14,075 nt of DNA, taken from contig RDOE01000087.1 of the NCBI GenBank assembly GCA_011364975.1, positions 1-14,075 on the forward strand. The letters run 5' to 3'. This DNA is from Promethearchaeota archaeon (GTDB taxonomy: Archaea; Asgardarchaeota; Lokiarchaeia; Sigyniarchaeales; SOKP01). This document shows positions 1 to 7,816 of the stretch, piece by piece. Numbering within the stretch: the first letter of the stretch is position 1; the number at the start of each line of letters is the position of its first letter. A model generated the notes under the pieces. It searched no databases. It saw only the letters and a list, made by a program, of their open reading frames with translations, and was not told the origin of the DNA. The translations under genes were made by a program, and so were the position numbers.

Positions 1-1
1 T

Positions 2-199
2 GGTTTAGATGTATCTGAATTGGCAAATCTCCTGAATAGTCCAATAAAAAAAAATTCTTCTATGACTGAAGCAAATATATCCGCTCAAATTAAAAAGTTG
101 GAGGAGGCGGGTTTAATTTATTGTGATTATTGCTCTGGACAACATGGAGTTCGTAAAATTAGTAAATTAAATTTAACAGAATTAATCTTAAAGTTTTAA
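2..199 (+). CDS. ArsR/SmtB-like winged helix-turn-helix transcriptional regulator, 3' part (5'-truncated by window edge)
   Basis: Manual translation of frame +2, open from the window edge to TAA at 197-199: GLDVSELANLLNSPIKKNSSMTEANISAQIKKLEEAGLIYCDYCSGQHGVRKISKLNLTELILKF*. The motifs 'VSELA..L', 'NISAQIKKLEEAGLI' and the wing 'G..G.RK' are typical of ArsR-type wHTH proteins. Not in the supplied ORF track. Confidence 0.8.
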   Translation, partial: GLDVSELANLLNSPIKKNSSMTEANISAQIKKLEEAGLIYCDYCSGQHGVRKISKLNLTELILKF

Positions 200-260
200 T
201 ACTAATTTTATCCTTTTTTTTACTATTAAAAAAAATCCTAGAATTTTTTAGTATGGAATG

Positions 261-1388
261 TTACATAAAATGAGAGATTAACGTATTTTTAATAGTTTCG
301 AAATGTCCTAAATTTACTCTCAGAAGGTCTTCAAGCGTCTCAGTCAACCCAATGGTTTCAATTTTTTCAGTTATTTTAAAATATGGACTAGTTTTTAGTT
401 CTTTAACTAAATTTTTATTACTCTCTATACTTTCTAATAGAAAATCAGAGCCTTTTATTTGTTCTATATTAAGTACTCTTTGGATAATCATTAAAAGCAT
501 GGTATCAAAGGTGATCCGAAGAATTATCTCTCTATCAAAATCTCCTTTTTTAGGAAGTAAATAATCTTTTAATAGGCTAATAGATTGTTGAAAGAGTTGA
601 ATTGAACTTTTCCCAAGTTCTTCTATTTTTTCTTTTAATTTTTCTTGTGCAGTAGCAGTAAAGCATATTTGATATTCAGCTATGAAATGAATTAATCTTG
701 CTTCAGCGTTTAATTTAGTTTCTTTAGAGTCTGCTTCATCCAGCAATTCTCCTATATTTTCAAGTGCTTGTTTAAAATATGTTGAAATCTTATAAAATTT
801 ATCCCCTGCGGCTTCAAACTCTTTACTTATTAATAAATGTTGAGCTCTTTTTTCTTCCTGTTGATATAACTCATCAAATTTATTCATCTTCATTACGGCT
901 TTTAGGATTAATCTTTTTCCAAGATCTTTAGTTAATGATGACCTTTCATACATTTGACCAGCTTTCAAAAGTAAAATTGATGCTAGACTTAGATATTCAT
1001 CCGGATCCGTTTTCCAAAGGTATTCAGAAGCTTGATGATAACTCTCCCCCGAGAGTTCCCAATCTTTCATCTTGAATGAAAGATTTCCCAATTGGATGAG
1101 TAACTTAGCTGAAATCTCATCTAATTTTAATTCTTCTGTTTTTCGAATTATTGATTTTAATCGATAAACTGCTTGGATATTATTTTTAAATTGGGAAATA
1201 ATCTGGATGATTCTAGTGTATAACTCATCTAACTTGATATAACTTCCGAGATCTAAATAGGTTTGTGCTGCCTTTTCATAAAAATCTATAGCCTCCTTTC
1301 CTTTTCCCTTATCGGCTAAAGTTTCTGCTTTGTCAATTAACTTTATCGCTTCAACTTCTAATTCTTCCTTATCTTCATGATTAAACAT
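261..1388 (-). CDS. TPR-like alpha-solenoid protein, alpha-SNAP/Sec17-like
   Basis: 375-aa ORF, predicted all-helical, with repeated SNAP/TPR-type helices: EAIDFYEKAAQTY, KDWELSGESYHQASEY, ASILLLKAGQMYE, EFEAAGDKFYKISTYF. ATG start. Confidence 0.7.
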   Translation of the reverse strand: MFNHEDKEELEVEAIKLIDKAETLADKGKGKEAIDFYEKAAQTYLDLGSYIKLDELYTRIIQIISQFKNNIQAVYRLKSIIRKTEELKLDEISAKLLIQLGNLSFKMKDWELSGESYHQASEYLWKTDPDEYLSLASILLLKAGQMYERSSLTKDLGKRLILKAVMKMNKFDELYQQEEKRAQHLLISKEFEAAGDKFYKISTYFKQALENIGELLDEADSKETKLNAEARLIHFIAEYQICFTATAQEKLKEKIEELGKSSIQLFQQSISLLKDYLLPKKGDFDREIILRITFDTMLLMIIQRVLNIEQIKGSDFLLESIESNKNLVKELKTSPYFKITEKIETIGLTETLEDLLRVNLGHFETIKNTLISHFM

Positions 1389-1555
1389 ATTTCGGTACTA
1401 CCCTTTTTAAATAAGTAAATATTGGTTAATTATTAATTTTCTATTTTATTTCTTGAAAGTGGTAAATATACTTATTCTAAGAAATAAACAATATTTAAAT
1501 GTTGATTTAATGATAATTCACAAATAATGCGTAATAATATAATAAAACAAATATG

Positions 1556-2440
1556 TTATATATCCTCCATTAATTTAATGTTATGACTTTTAAGGGTTTG
1601 TTTAAATTCTAATGCTTGGTAAACGGATGGAAAACAAGCTTTAGCATCTTCAATCGCCCCATAAAAGATAAAATTAGAAAACCACGAGACAAAAGATATT
1701 ATACTAGCTTTACGATATTTTGTATGAAATCGTTCATTTAATCGTGGTGAAGAATATTTGAAAAGAAATAGAGTAGGAGCCGTGCCTACAGGCAAATTTA
1801 TTGAGCGACTTATCATTTGTTGGGCTTCTATAATATGCCCTAAACTTTCAATATCAATTACACCACCATCAACCAAGACCCTTTTGACACCAATCCTTTT
1901 TAAACCTTCAAGAATACTAATATTATCTGGTTGATTATTTTCTGTAATATATGCAAATCTTTGAGTAGAACTCATAGAAGGAGCGCCTAAAATCAATAGA
2001 ATCACAGAATTGATTCGATTTTTCTTTATTAGTTCAATTTCACTTTTATTTTTTAAATTAGAGATTGAGTTATAAATGTAATCATCAGCTGATAAACCAC
2101 TTTCATTTAAATATTCAATACCTGATTTTCTGGCTTCAAACGTACCTCCTAAAACAAAAGGAGGCTCGTAGTTATCTAAGTAAAATTCAAGATATCTTAC
2201 CATGGCATCAGAAGAAACTGCCGAGATTTCAATTAATTCGGGCATATTATACTGTTTAGCTAATGCTTTATGTAAATCTATTCTTTTTTTAGCCTTTTCT
2301 TTATCGAAAATCTTGTCCTCTTTTCTATCTACTATTGTTTGTCCCTGATAAAAAATAGTTCCAATTAAAATGGGGGGCAAATTAAAGCTTCCAACACCTA
2401 ATTTAACATTACCATAATTATAACAAGATTCTTCAGACAT
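1556..2440 (-). CDS. mtrH: MtrH-like (tetrahydromethanopterin S-methyltransferase subunit H family) pterin-binding methyltransferase, divergent
   Basis: N-terminal PPILIGTIFYQGQTIVDRKEDKIFDKEKAKKRI matches the MtrH hallmark 'PTVLxGTIFYxGHxIV..G.FD...A'. YNSI, VLVD, LPVG and FYGAIE also match. ATG at 2440 is preferred over the TTG at 2458. Confidence 0.8.
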   Translation of the reverse strand: MSEESCYNYGNVKLGVGSFNLPPILIGTIFYQGQTIVDRKEDKIFDKEKAKKRIDLHKALAKQYNMPELIEISAVSSDAMVRYLEFYLDNYEPPFVLGGTFEARKSGIEYLNESGLSADDYIYNSISNLKNKSEIELIKKNRINSVILLILGAPSMSSTQRFAYITENNQPDNISILEGLKRIGVKRVLVDGGVIDIESLGHIIEAQQMISRSINLPVGTAPTLFLFKYSSPRLNERFHTKYRKASIISFVSWFSNFIFYGAIEDAKACFPSVYQALEFKQTLKSHNIKLMEDI

Positions 2441-2533
2441 TTTCTTTAATTTTATCAAGTGGTTTTAAAAATATATATTACCTAATACTTAATAAAACTA
2501 GTGATGATAAAAATTCGCTCTGAAAAAAGAGAA

Positions 2534-3727
2534 TCAAGTAATTTCTATATTAACACCACAATTTTTACATCGACTGTCTTTTAATTCTTGAAAGCACTGT
2601 TCATGGTATAGCGTTTGGCAATTACTACACCGGATAATTTTTTGACCCTCCTCAAAAATAAAGTTACATACAGGGCAAGAGCTAAATATTCCATCAGTAT
2701 CAAGATCTTTGAATTTTAAAGTTTCAGCTTCCGATCTTTCGGGAGTTTTTGAGGATGAGGGCATTCTTATTCTTGGTTTAACTAGAGAGGTAAGTTTCTG
2801 GGCTTGTGTGACCTCTGTTGGAATTTTTAATAAATAAAAACAATGAGGACATCTAACAGTTCCTGCTGATCTCATCTTGTTATCTTTCTGAGACTCTGCC
2901 CATGAATTTAAACAATGAATATGAAAGGGTGTTTGACAGTTTGGACAGTATCGACCACTCACATAAAAAGAACTTTTGGTAAAAGGATTTGTATCTGAGA
3001 AACATATTGAACATTTTTTATAATCAGCTAACCCTCGTATTTGTAATAATCTTTGTTCTTGATCTTTTGTTAGGTCTTGAACTCTTAGTAAGTCTGCTGC
3101 AATCTTCCGAAGAAAACCAGGATTTTCGATCAATGATTGGCGAGTATTTCCATATGTTTTAATGTTAGAAATCGCTAAATCATGAGCAGATTGGTATAAG
3201 GTTTGAGCATCATTATTATAATAATATTTTCCGCCTGTTAGGTCACTTATTCTTTTAAGGATATTTTGAGTGGACGTTTCTCCTAATCGAAATGAATCTA
3301 TTTTAATATTTAAACCTTGAGCAAGACGTGCCATTTTTAAGGGATCTATTGAGGATTTTGAGTAATTTCCATCTGAGATTATGAGAATTCGGGGTGCTTT
3401 TGCTGCTATTTTCCGTAACTCAGAAATCAATAATTTTATCGAAAATCCTAAAGCATCGCCCATAGCAGATTCACCTCCCATTGTTAATGAGCTTAACGAT
3501 TGAAACAAATTATCTTTGATATCAGTAAATTCTAAAATCTGTTTTGGTTTATCAGAAAAGGCAACGATCGCAAAAAAACTTGATAAATCATCAGCAAATC
3601 TTTCACTAATTAATTTTTTAACCGCCTCAATACTACATATTAGACGATTTGGTTGATAATCAGTTCGATACATTGATCTCGATGTGTCTAGACAAATCAC
3701 TATATTTTCGGGAAGCCGTTCAGACAA
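2534..3727 (-). CDS. vWA-domain protein with two C-terminal C4HC3 RING-like zinc fingers (Ssl1/p44-like architecture, candidate E3 ligase)
   Basis: MIDAS DTSRS and ISDG, DYQPNRL and LTGGKYY define the vWA domain (about aa 1-190). Finger 1 is C-x2-C-x18-C-x2-C-x4-H-x2-C-x20-C-x2-C (2840-3013). Finger 2 is C-x2-C-x12-C-x2-C-x4-H-x2-C-x8-C-x2-C (2558-2677). TTG start. Confidence 0.85.
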   Translation of the reverse strand: MSERLPENIVICLDTSRSMYRTDYQPNRLICSIEAVKKLISERFADDLSSFFAIVAFSDKPKQILEFTDIKDNLFQSLSSLTMGGESAMGDALGFSIKLLISELRKIAAKAPRILIISDGNYSKSSIDPLKMARLAQGLNIKIDSFRLGETSTQNILKRISDLTGGKYYYNNDAQTLYQSAHDLAISNIKTYGNTRQSLIENPGFLRKIAADLLRVQDLTKDQEQRLLQIRGLADYKKCSICFSDTNPFTKSSFYVSGRYCPNCQTPFHIHCLNSWAESQKDNKMRSAGTVRCPHCFYLLKIPTEVTQAQKLTSLVKPRIRMPSSSKTPERSEAETLKFKDLDTDGIFSSCPVCNFIFEEGQKIIRCSNCQTLYHEQCFQELKDSRCKNCGVNIEIT

Positions 3728-3934
3728 GATTATTAACCCTTTTTATAGTTTACAAGAGCCCTTAATTAAGTTTCTAACAGTGATATATAAAAAGTAAAAT
3801 AAATAATTATGTTTTTCACAAAACTAAAGCTTTATTAGTTAGATATTTCATTATATATAAAACCTTTATTAATTAAAAAAATATAGATATAGTATTGAAT
3901 TTAAGAATTATTGATACTAAATCCAAGATGAACT
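3728..3934. promoter_or_regulatory. Divergent promoter region between the vWA-RING gene and the GTPase gene
   Basis: 207-bp very AT-rich spacer. Archaeal TATA-like TTTATATA on the minus strand near 3784-3791, and TTTATTA/TTATATATA elements at about 3831-3875 on the plus strand. Confidence 0.5.
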
Positions 3935-5143
3935 ATGTCTGAAGATGAGACAAAAAGCGTAGTTATTAAAGATTTTTTTAAAAGTTCAGTAATTATCAAT
4001 GAATTAGATGAAGTGTTAAGATTCAAACCAGAGACAATAATTGGTATTGATCAAGTCTCGTCTAACGCCCTCATCGAAAATAATATTAAGGATATTGAAG
4101 ATTTAGCTAAACTATCAGTTGATGCCCTACCAAATATTAAAGTTATCCCTAAAGAAATTCTAGCTAAATGGGTGAGGATTGCTAAAGTAATTGAGAAAAC
4201 TATTCGAGAAAAGATGAAATCTCATAAGAAATTGCTTATGATTGGTCTCGATAATGGGGGAAAGACGAGTATTTTAGCAGTTATTCAAGAACGATTTTCC
4301 ATAATTAAATCATTATTACCAACCAGAGGAGTAAAGCGCGAAAAGTTAGACTTTTTTGGATATCCAATTTTGAGTTGGGACCTCGGTGGCCAGGTTCAAT
4401 ACCGTGAAAAATTATATTTCAATCGTCCTGAACTTTTCTTTACTGAAGTCGATATTGTCCTTTATGTAGTCGATAGCCAAGATTCAGATAGGTTTCCTGA
4501 ATCCGCTAATTATTTTAGGGAAGTATTGAATGCTTTGAAAGATTTGAACGAACATCCTCCTGTTTTAGTAATCCTATCAAAAAGTGATCAAGATTTCCGA
4601 ACGACGTTATCATGGAGAGACAATGTTTCCACCGTCAAGAAAAAATTTGATCAAATTGCAGCAGAGTTCGGTAATATTTCGATCGACTATGCGGATACCA
4701 CTATTTATCAAAGAGAAACTATTATGCATATGTTTAGCGTCGCTTTAAAGAAAGTTTCTGAAACATCTGAGATTGTTGAGAATATTCTGGAAGATTTTAC
4801 TCATACAATTCAAGGAAAGGCTGCAAGTTTAATCTCTATGGATGGACTTATTTTTGGCAATTTCACAGATTCGGATATTGATGAAGCATTATTAAACAAT
4901 ACTGCCTTAATAATGCAAACTCTTTCAAATTTCCATAATTCAATCGGATTGAAAAGAGAAAATACCATTACTCTGGAGTTTCCACTTAATGGATTTACAA
5001 TTAGAGGAGAAAAATTGTTTGAGTACTCAGAACTTAAAATTCCTGTTTATTTATGGATATTATCAGAGAATCCAGATTTAATGTATGAGAAAATTGATTA
5101 TTTCAAACTACAAGTATTACCTTTAATTAATTTATTTATTTAA
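3935..5143 (+). CDS. Small GTPase (Rag/Gtr-like, Arf-related) with N-terminal helix-hairpin-helix-like domain and C-terminal roadblock domain
   Basis: G1 GLDNGGKT, G2 PTRG, G3 WDLGGQ, G4 SKSD and a G5-like TTIY. The C-terminal 'IQGKAASLISMDGLIFGN' is a roadblock/profilin-like beta-hairpin signature. The N-terminal 'IIGIDQVSSNALIENNIKDIEDLA...IPKEILAKWVRIA' is HhH-like. Confidence 0.85.
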   Translation: MSEDETKSVVIKDFFKSSVIINELDEVLRFKPETIIGIDQVSSNALIENNIKDIEDLAKLSVDALPNIKVIPKEILAKWVRIAKVIEKTIREKMKSHKKLLMIGLDNGGKTSILAVIQERFSIIKSLLPTRGVKREKLDFFGYPILSWDLGGQVQYREKLYFNRPELFFTEVDIVLYVVDSQDSDRFPESANYFREVLNALKDLNEHPPVLVILSKSDQDFRTTLSWRDNVSTVKKKFDQIAAEFGNISIDYADTTIYQRETIMHMFSVALKKVSETSEIVENILEDFTHTIQGKAASLISMDGLIFGNFTDSDIDEALLNNTALIMQTLSNFHNSIGLKRENTITLEFPLNGFTIRGEKLFEYSELKIPVYLWILSENPDLMYEKIDYFKLQVLPLINLFI

Positions 5144-5189
5144 TCCTATTTTTTCAATATAATCTGGGTTTAGCAAAATCTTTTCAAGC

Positions 5190-5396
5190 TTAACTTAATT
5201 CTTCCTTAGCAGAGAGTAAAAATTGGGTAGATTTATCCATCATTTCAATAGCTTGGTTCAATTTGTTTGCAATAGATTCTAAGCCTTTTTCCTGAGCAAT
5301 TTTACGCCATTTTTCATAGTTCTCTTTATGTGACTCATTATGATTTGCCCAATGTTCACATAATTTAGCTAATTTCAAAATATCTTTATCTATCAT
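5190..5396 (-). CDS. cooJ: CooJ-like nickel-binding CODH accessory protein (short form without His-rich tail)
   Basis: 68-aa helical/coiled-coil ORF with HWANHNESH, an exact match to the CooJ-family H(W/F)x2Hx3H Ni(II) motif (5328-5354). It lies 68 bp downstream of cdhA on the same strand. Confidence 0.75.
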   Translation of the reverse strand: MIDKDILKLAKLCEHWANHNESHKENYEKWRKIAQEKGLESIANKLNQAIEMMDKSTQFLLSAKEELS

Positions 5397-5428
5397 ATGA
5401 ATTCACTAATATTTATAAGATAATAATT

Positions 5429-5454
5429 AAAAAAAAGAACAAAAAAATAAAAAG
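5429..5454 (-). terminator. Oligo-T archaeal terminator-like tract after cdhA
   Basis: The minus strand reads CTTTTTATTTTTTTGTTCTTTTTTTT immediately after the cdhA stop. Confidence 0.45.
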
Positions 5455-5464
5455 ATAAGCTTAC

Positions 5465-7816
5465 TTATGTTCGGCATAAACGCTTTAATAGAGTTGGATC
5501 CACAATTTCTCTAGGTTGCCAATTCTTCTCTTTGAGATAATCTGTGATTTCATCCTTTAAATTGATAGGAATATCTGCTTCAACACGAATGAATTTTTCT
5601 AGGTCATTTGGGATTTTAACGCCTTTATATTTTCTCTCTAAGTCAATCCAGTGTGATAATTTAATCATTCTACCTTTTGAATTATCAGCAGGCCTTAATG
5701 CTAATTTAGCAACTAAGCAAATTGCTTGTTCAATGGATTCAGCAGTAGTTAATAAATGTTCTGGTGCTGGTCCAACTAATTGATCGGGGGTTCCATCTCT
5801 AGCATTGAAAACTTTCCAAGTACTATCATCATCGGAACGTCCAATATACATTCTACGGTACTCTGCAGCATGAGGACCAACTACGGCAGGAATTCCTAAC
5901 CCATTCGCTCCAGCAGCAATGCTTGCTGCTTTTTGGGACATTGCGCCCCAAGCTACACCAACAGCGCCTACACGATTCAGAATATAATCTGCAATTTCTT
6001 CGAAATTACCTCTTAATGGTCTTCGTGCGAATATATTCGCAACCTTACATGCTGCGCCAGTAATGTGTGGATTTGCAACACAGGAACCGACGTTTACTAA
6101 TCCACCTCGATCAAAGTCCCCTGGAAATCTCTCATATAAGGTCTTTCCTTCTTCATCTTTTACAAGACCAATATCCATAGCCCCACATCCAGAAACTACT
6201 ACAATATAATTCCTAATTAAGAACTCTTCGGCCATTTTATAAAGTTCTTGAATTTCATGTCCATAACTAGCACATCCAATAATAGCAACAATTCCAGGAA
6301 TTTCTCCTAATACAATAGGAGCACCAACATTTCGAATTTCTGTGTCTTGAATTGGACCACGTCCAACTCTTACGTTGAACTTTTCGTTTCTAATTTTCTC
6401 TCTTCCAGCGTACATTAATAATGTTAAGGGTGAGACATTCTTCATGCAATCTGCTTCGCATCTTCCACAGCCTAAACATTCATCAAAAACACCTTCAAGT
6501 ACTGAAAAATCTCCTTCCTTCGCTAGCCTTACTCCTTCGACAAGAGGAAGATCATTGGGACAATTACGCTGACAATTACCACATCCGTTACAATGATATG
6601 CCATATCAATACACCCTTGTTCATTTGGAACACCGCTTTTAGCTTTTCTTATAGGATGAATCTTTACAGCAGTTGCCGCAGCAACTTCCCCTGCTTTTAC
6701 AGGATCGAGGATTAAGACACCAGCTTCTTTACCGCTAACTAAATCTTCTATAATTTCCTCTGCAGGATCGTCTGTTCTATCTTTCAACCCAGCCATGTTC
6801 TTTTCATTCGTTGCAATAAATGGAGCACCGATTAATTGAGCTTGTTCAAATGTTCTTAAATTGACACATTGCTCATCAACCATTATTACATCAGCTAATC
6901 CCGATCGTATAAAGTGCATCTGTCTAGACATTGATCCAATAATTTTTGCCCCATCATAATATCTTGTTAGATCATGGGCGGTACAGCATATAGCTCCTAC
7001 ATCCACTTTATCTTCAATGCCTTTTTCTCTTATATAATCAACTAATTCAATACCCGGAGCAACATTGTGTCCAATCATTAAAATGGTAGCTTTATTTTCA
7101 ACATCCATGGTTCCCATACCTAATTCTACAATAGGTACATCAGCTTCTCCCATTGGGAATCCATAAGCCGCAATTTGTACTGCATCAGAAATTTCCATAC
7201 CAACAGCATCCGCTAATCCCGCAACAAAACTTTTGTTTTCATAGTCTAAATAACTTGACTCTTGACCAGTATGTCCTGCTGCAAGTACATGAGTAATTGT
7301 ATAATGAACCCATTCCATCGCAGTTTCAAGATCCTCAAGCGTTTCTGGTTTCATTCCGACTAATAACCTTGTTAAAGGCATTTCTACAGCAATATTGTTA
7401 CCGTAGTTAATTGGAATATTTCCGTATTTCTCTTTTAACCAGTGAAGTAGATGGTCGCCATGGGCACTATGACATGCGGCGCCAATAGCGCAAGCAATTT
7501 GAACGATACGAGCTTGTTGAGTTTCCATGTTTATACCACATGCTCCAGTTCGGCCCTTAGAGAGATTACATTTGCCATATGTACATAAGCAACACATATC
7601 GCAAATCGGCATATAGTAAGGTTTATATCTTTCCATCAATCTAAAAAACCAATTACGAAGGGTGGGTATATGCGGTTTTGGGTGCGGTCCCATAGGTTCC
7701 CATTCTGATTCGTCTCCTTCGCTTTTAAATGCACCAGCGGAAAATTCAAAGCCTTTAATTGTACCGAGAGGTCCGCTATATGAATCAATCTTTAATTTTG
7801 TGCCTTTTTTGCTCAT
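5465..7816 (-). CDS. cdhA: CO dehydrogenase/acetyl-CoA synthase (ACDS) complex subunit alpha
   Basis: WEPMGPHPKP N-terminus. D/B-cluster motif CDMCCLCTYGKC..GACG and His tunnel ACHSAHGDHLL. C-cluster ligands in GHN, AICCTAHD, DEQC, GCAS, SGCGA and GSCVAN, with catalytic SQKA. The archaeal-type inserted ferredoxin domain CNGCGNCQRNCP / CLGCGRCEADC is present. ATG at 7816 is preferred over the GTG at 7825. Confidence 0.97.
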   Translation of the reverse strand: MSKKGTKLKIDSYSGPLGTIKGFEFSAGAFKSEGDESEWEPMGPHPKPHIPTLRNWFFRLMERYKPYYMPICDMCCLCTYGKCNLSKGRTGACGINMETQQARIVQIACAIGAACHSAHGDHLLHWLKEKYGNIPINYGNNIAVEMPLTRLLVGMKPETLEDLETAMEWVHYTITHVLAAGHTGQESSYLDYENKSFVAGLADAVGMEISDAVQIAAYGFPMGEADVPIVELGMGTMDVENKATILMIGHNVAPGIELVDYIREKGIEDKVDVGAICCTAHDLTRYYDGAKIIGSMSRQMHFIRSGLADVIMVDEQCVNLRTFEQAQLIGAPFIATNEKNMAGLKDRTDDPAEEIIEDLVSGKEAGVLILDPVKAGEVAAATAVKIHPIRKAKSGVPNEQGCIDMAYHCNGCGNCQRNCPNDLPLVEGVRLAKEGDFSVLEGVFDECLGCGRCEADCMKNVSPLTLLMYAGREKIRNEKFNVRVGRGPIQDTEIRNVGAPIVLGEIPGIVAIIGCASYGHEIQELYKMAEEFLIRNYIVVVSGCGAMDIGLVKDEEGKTLYERFPGDFDRGGLVNVGSCVANPHITGAACKVANIFARRPLRGNFEEIADYILNRVGAVGVAWGAMSQKAASIAAGANGLGIPAVVGPHAAEYRRMYIGRSDDDSTWKVFNARDGTPDQLVGPAPEHLLTTAESIEQAICLVAKLALRPADNSKGRMIKLSHWIDLERKYKGVKIPNDLEKFIRVEADIPINLKDEITDYLKEKNWQPREIVDPTLLKRLCRT

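Noticed and set aside
352-564. 70-aa plus-strand ORF
   Set aside because: Antisense shadow within the SNAP-like gene, with no recognisable motif.
2065-2259. 64-aa plus-strand ORF
   Set aside because: Antisense to the mtrH-like gene, with no protein-like features.
2534-3727. vWA + zinc finger protein as a Sec23/24 homologue
   Set aside because: Sec23/24 have the zinc finger N-terminal to the vWA trunk, followed by beta-barrel, helical and gelsolin domains. The order and finger type here do not fit.
5190-5396. Small gene after cdhA as cdhB (epsilon subunit)
   Set aside because: Too short (68 aa versus about 170 aa) and all-helical. It carries the CooJ motif instead.
5544-6642. Three plus-strand ORFs (5544-5783, 6375-6572, 6421-6642)
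   Set aside because: All are antisense to the highly conserved cdhA and are expected shadow ORFs.
5465-7816. Higher GC of cdhA as a sign of horizontal transfer
   Set aside because: Explained by its Gly/Ala/Cys/Pro-rich protein. Third codon positions remain A/T-rich like the neighbours, and no mobility genes are present.
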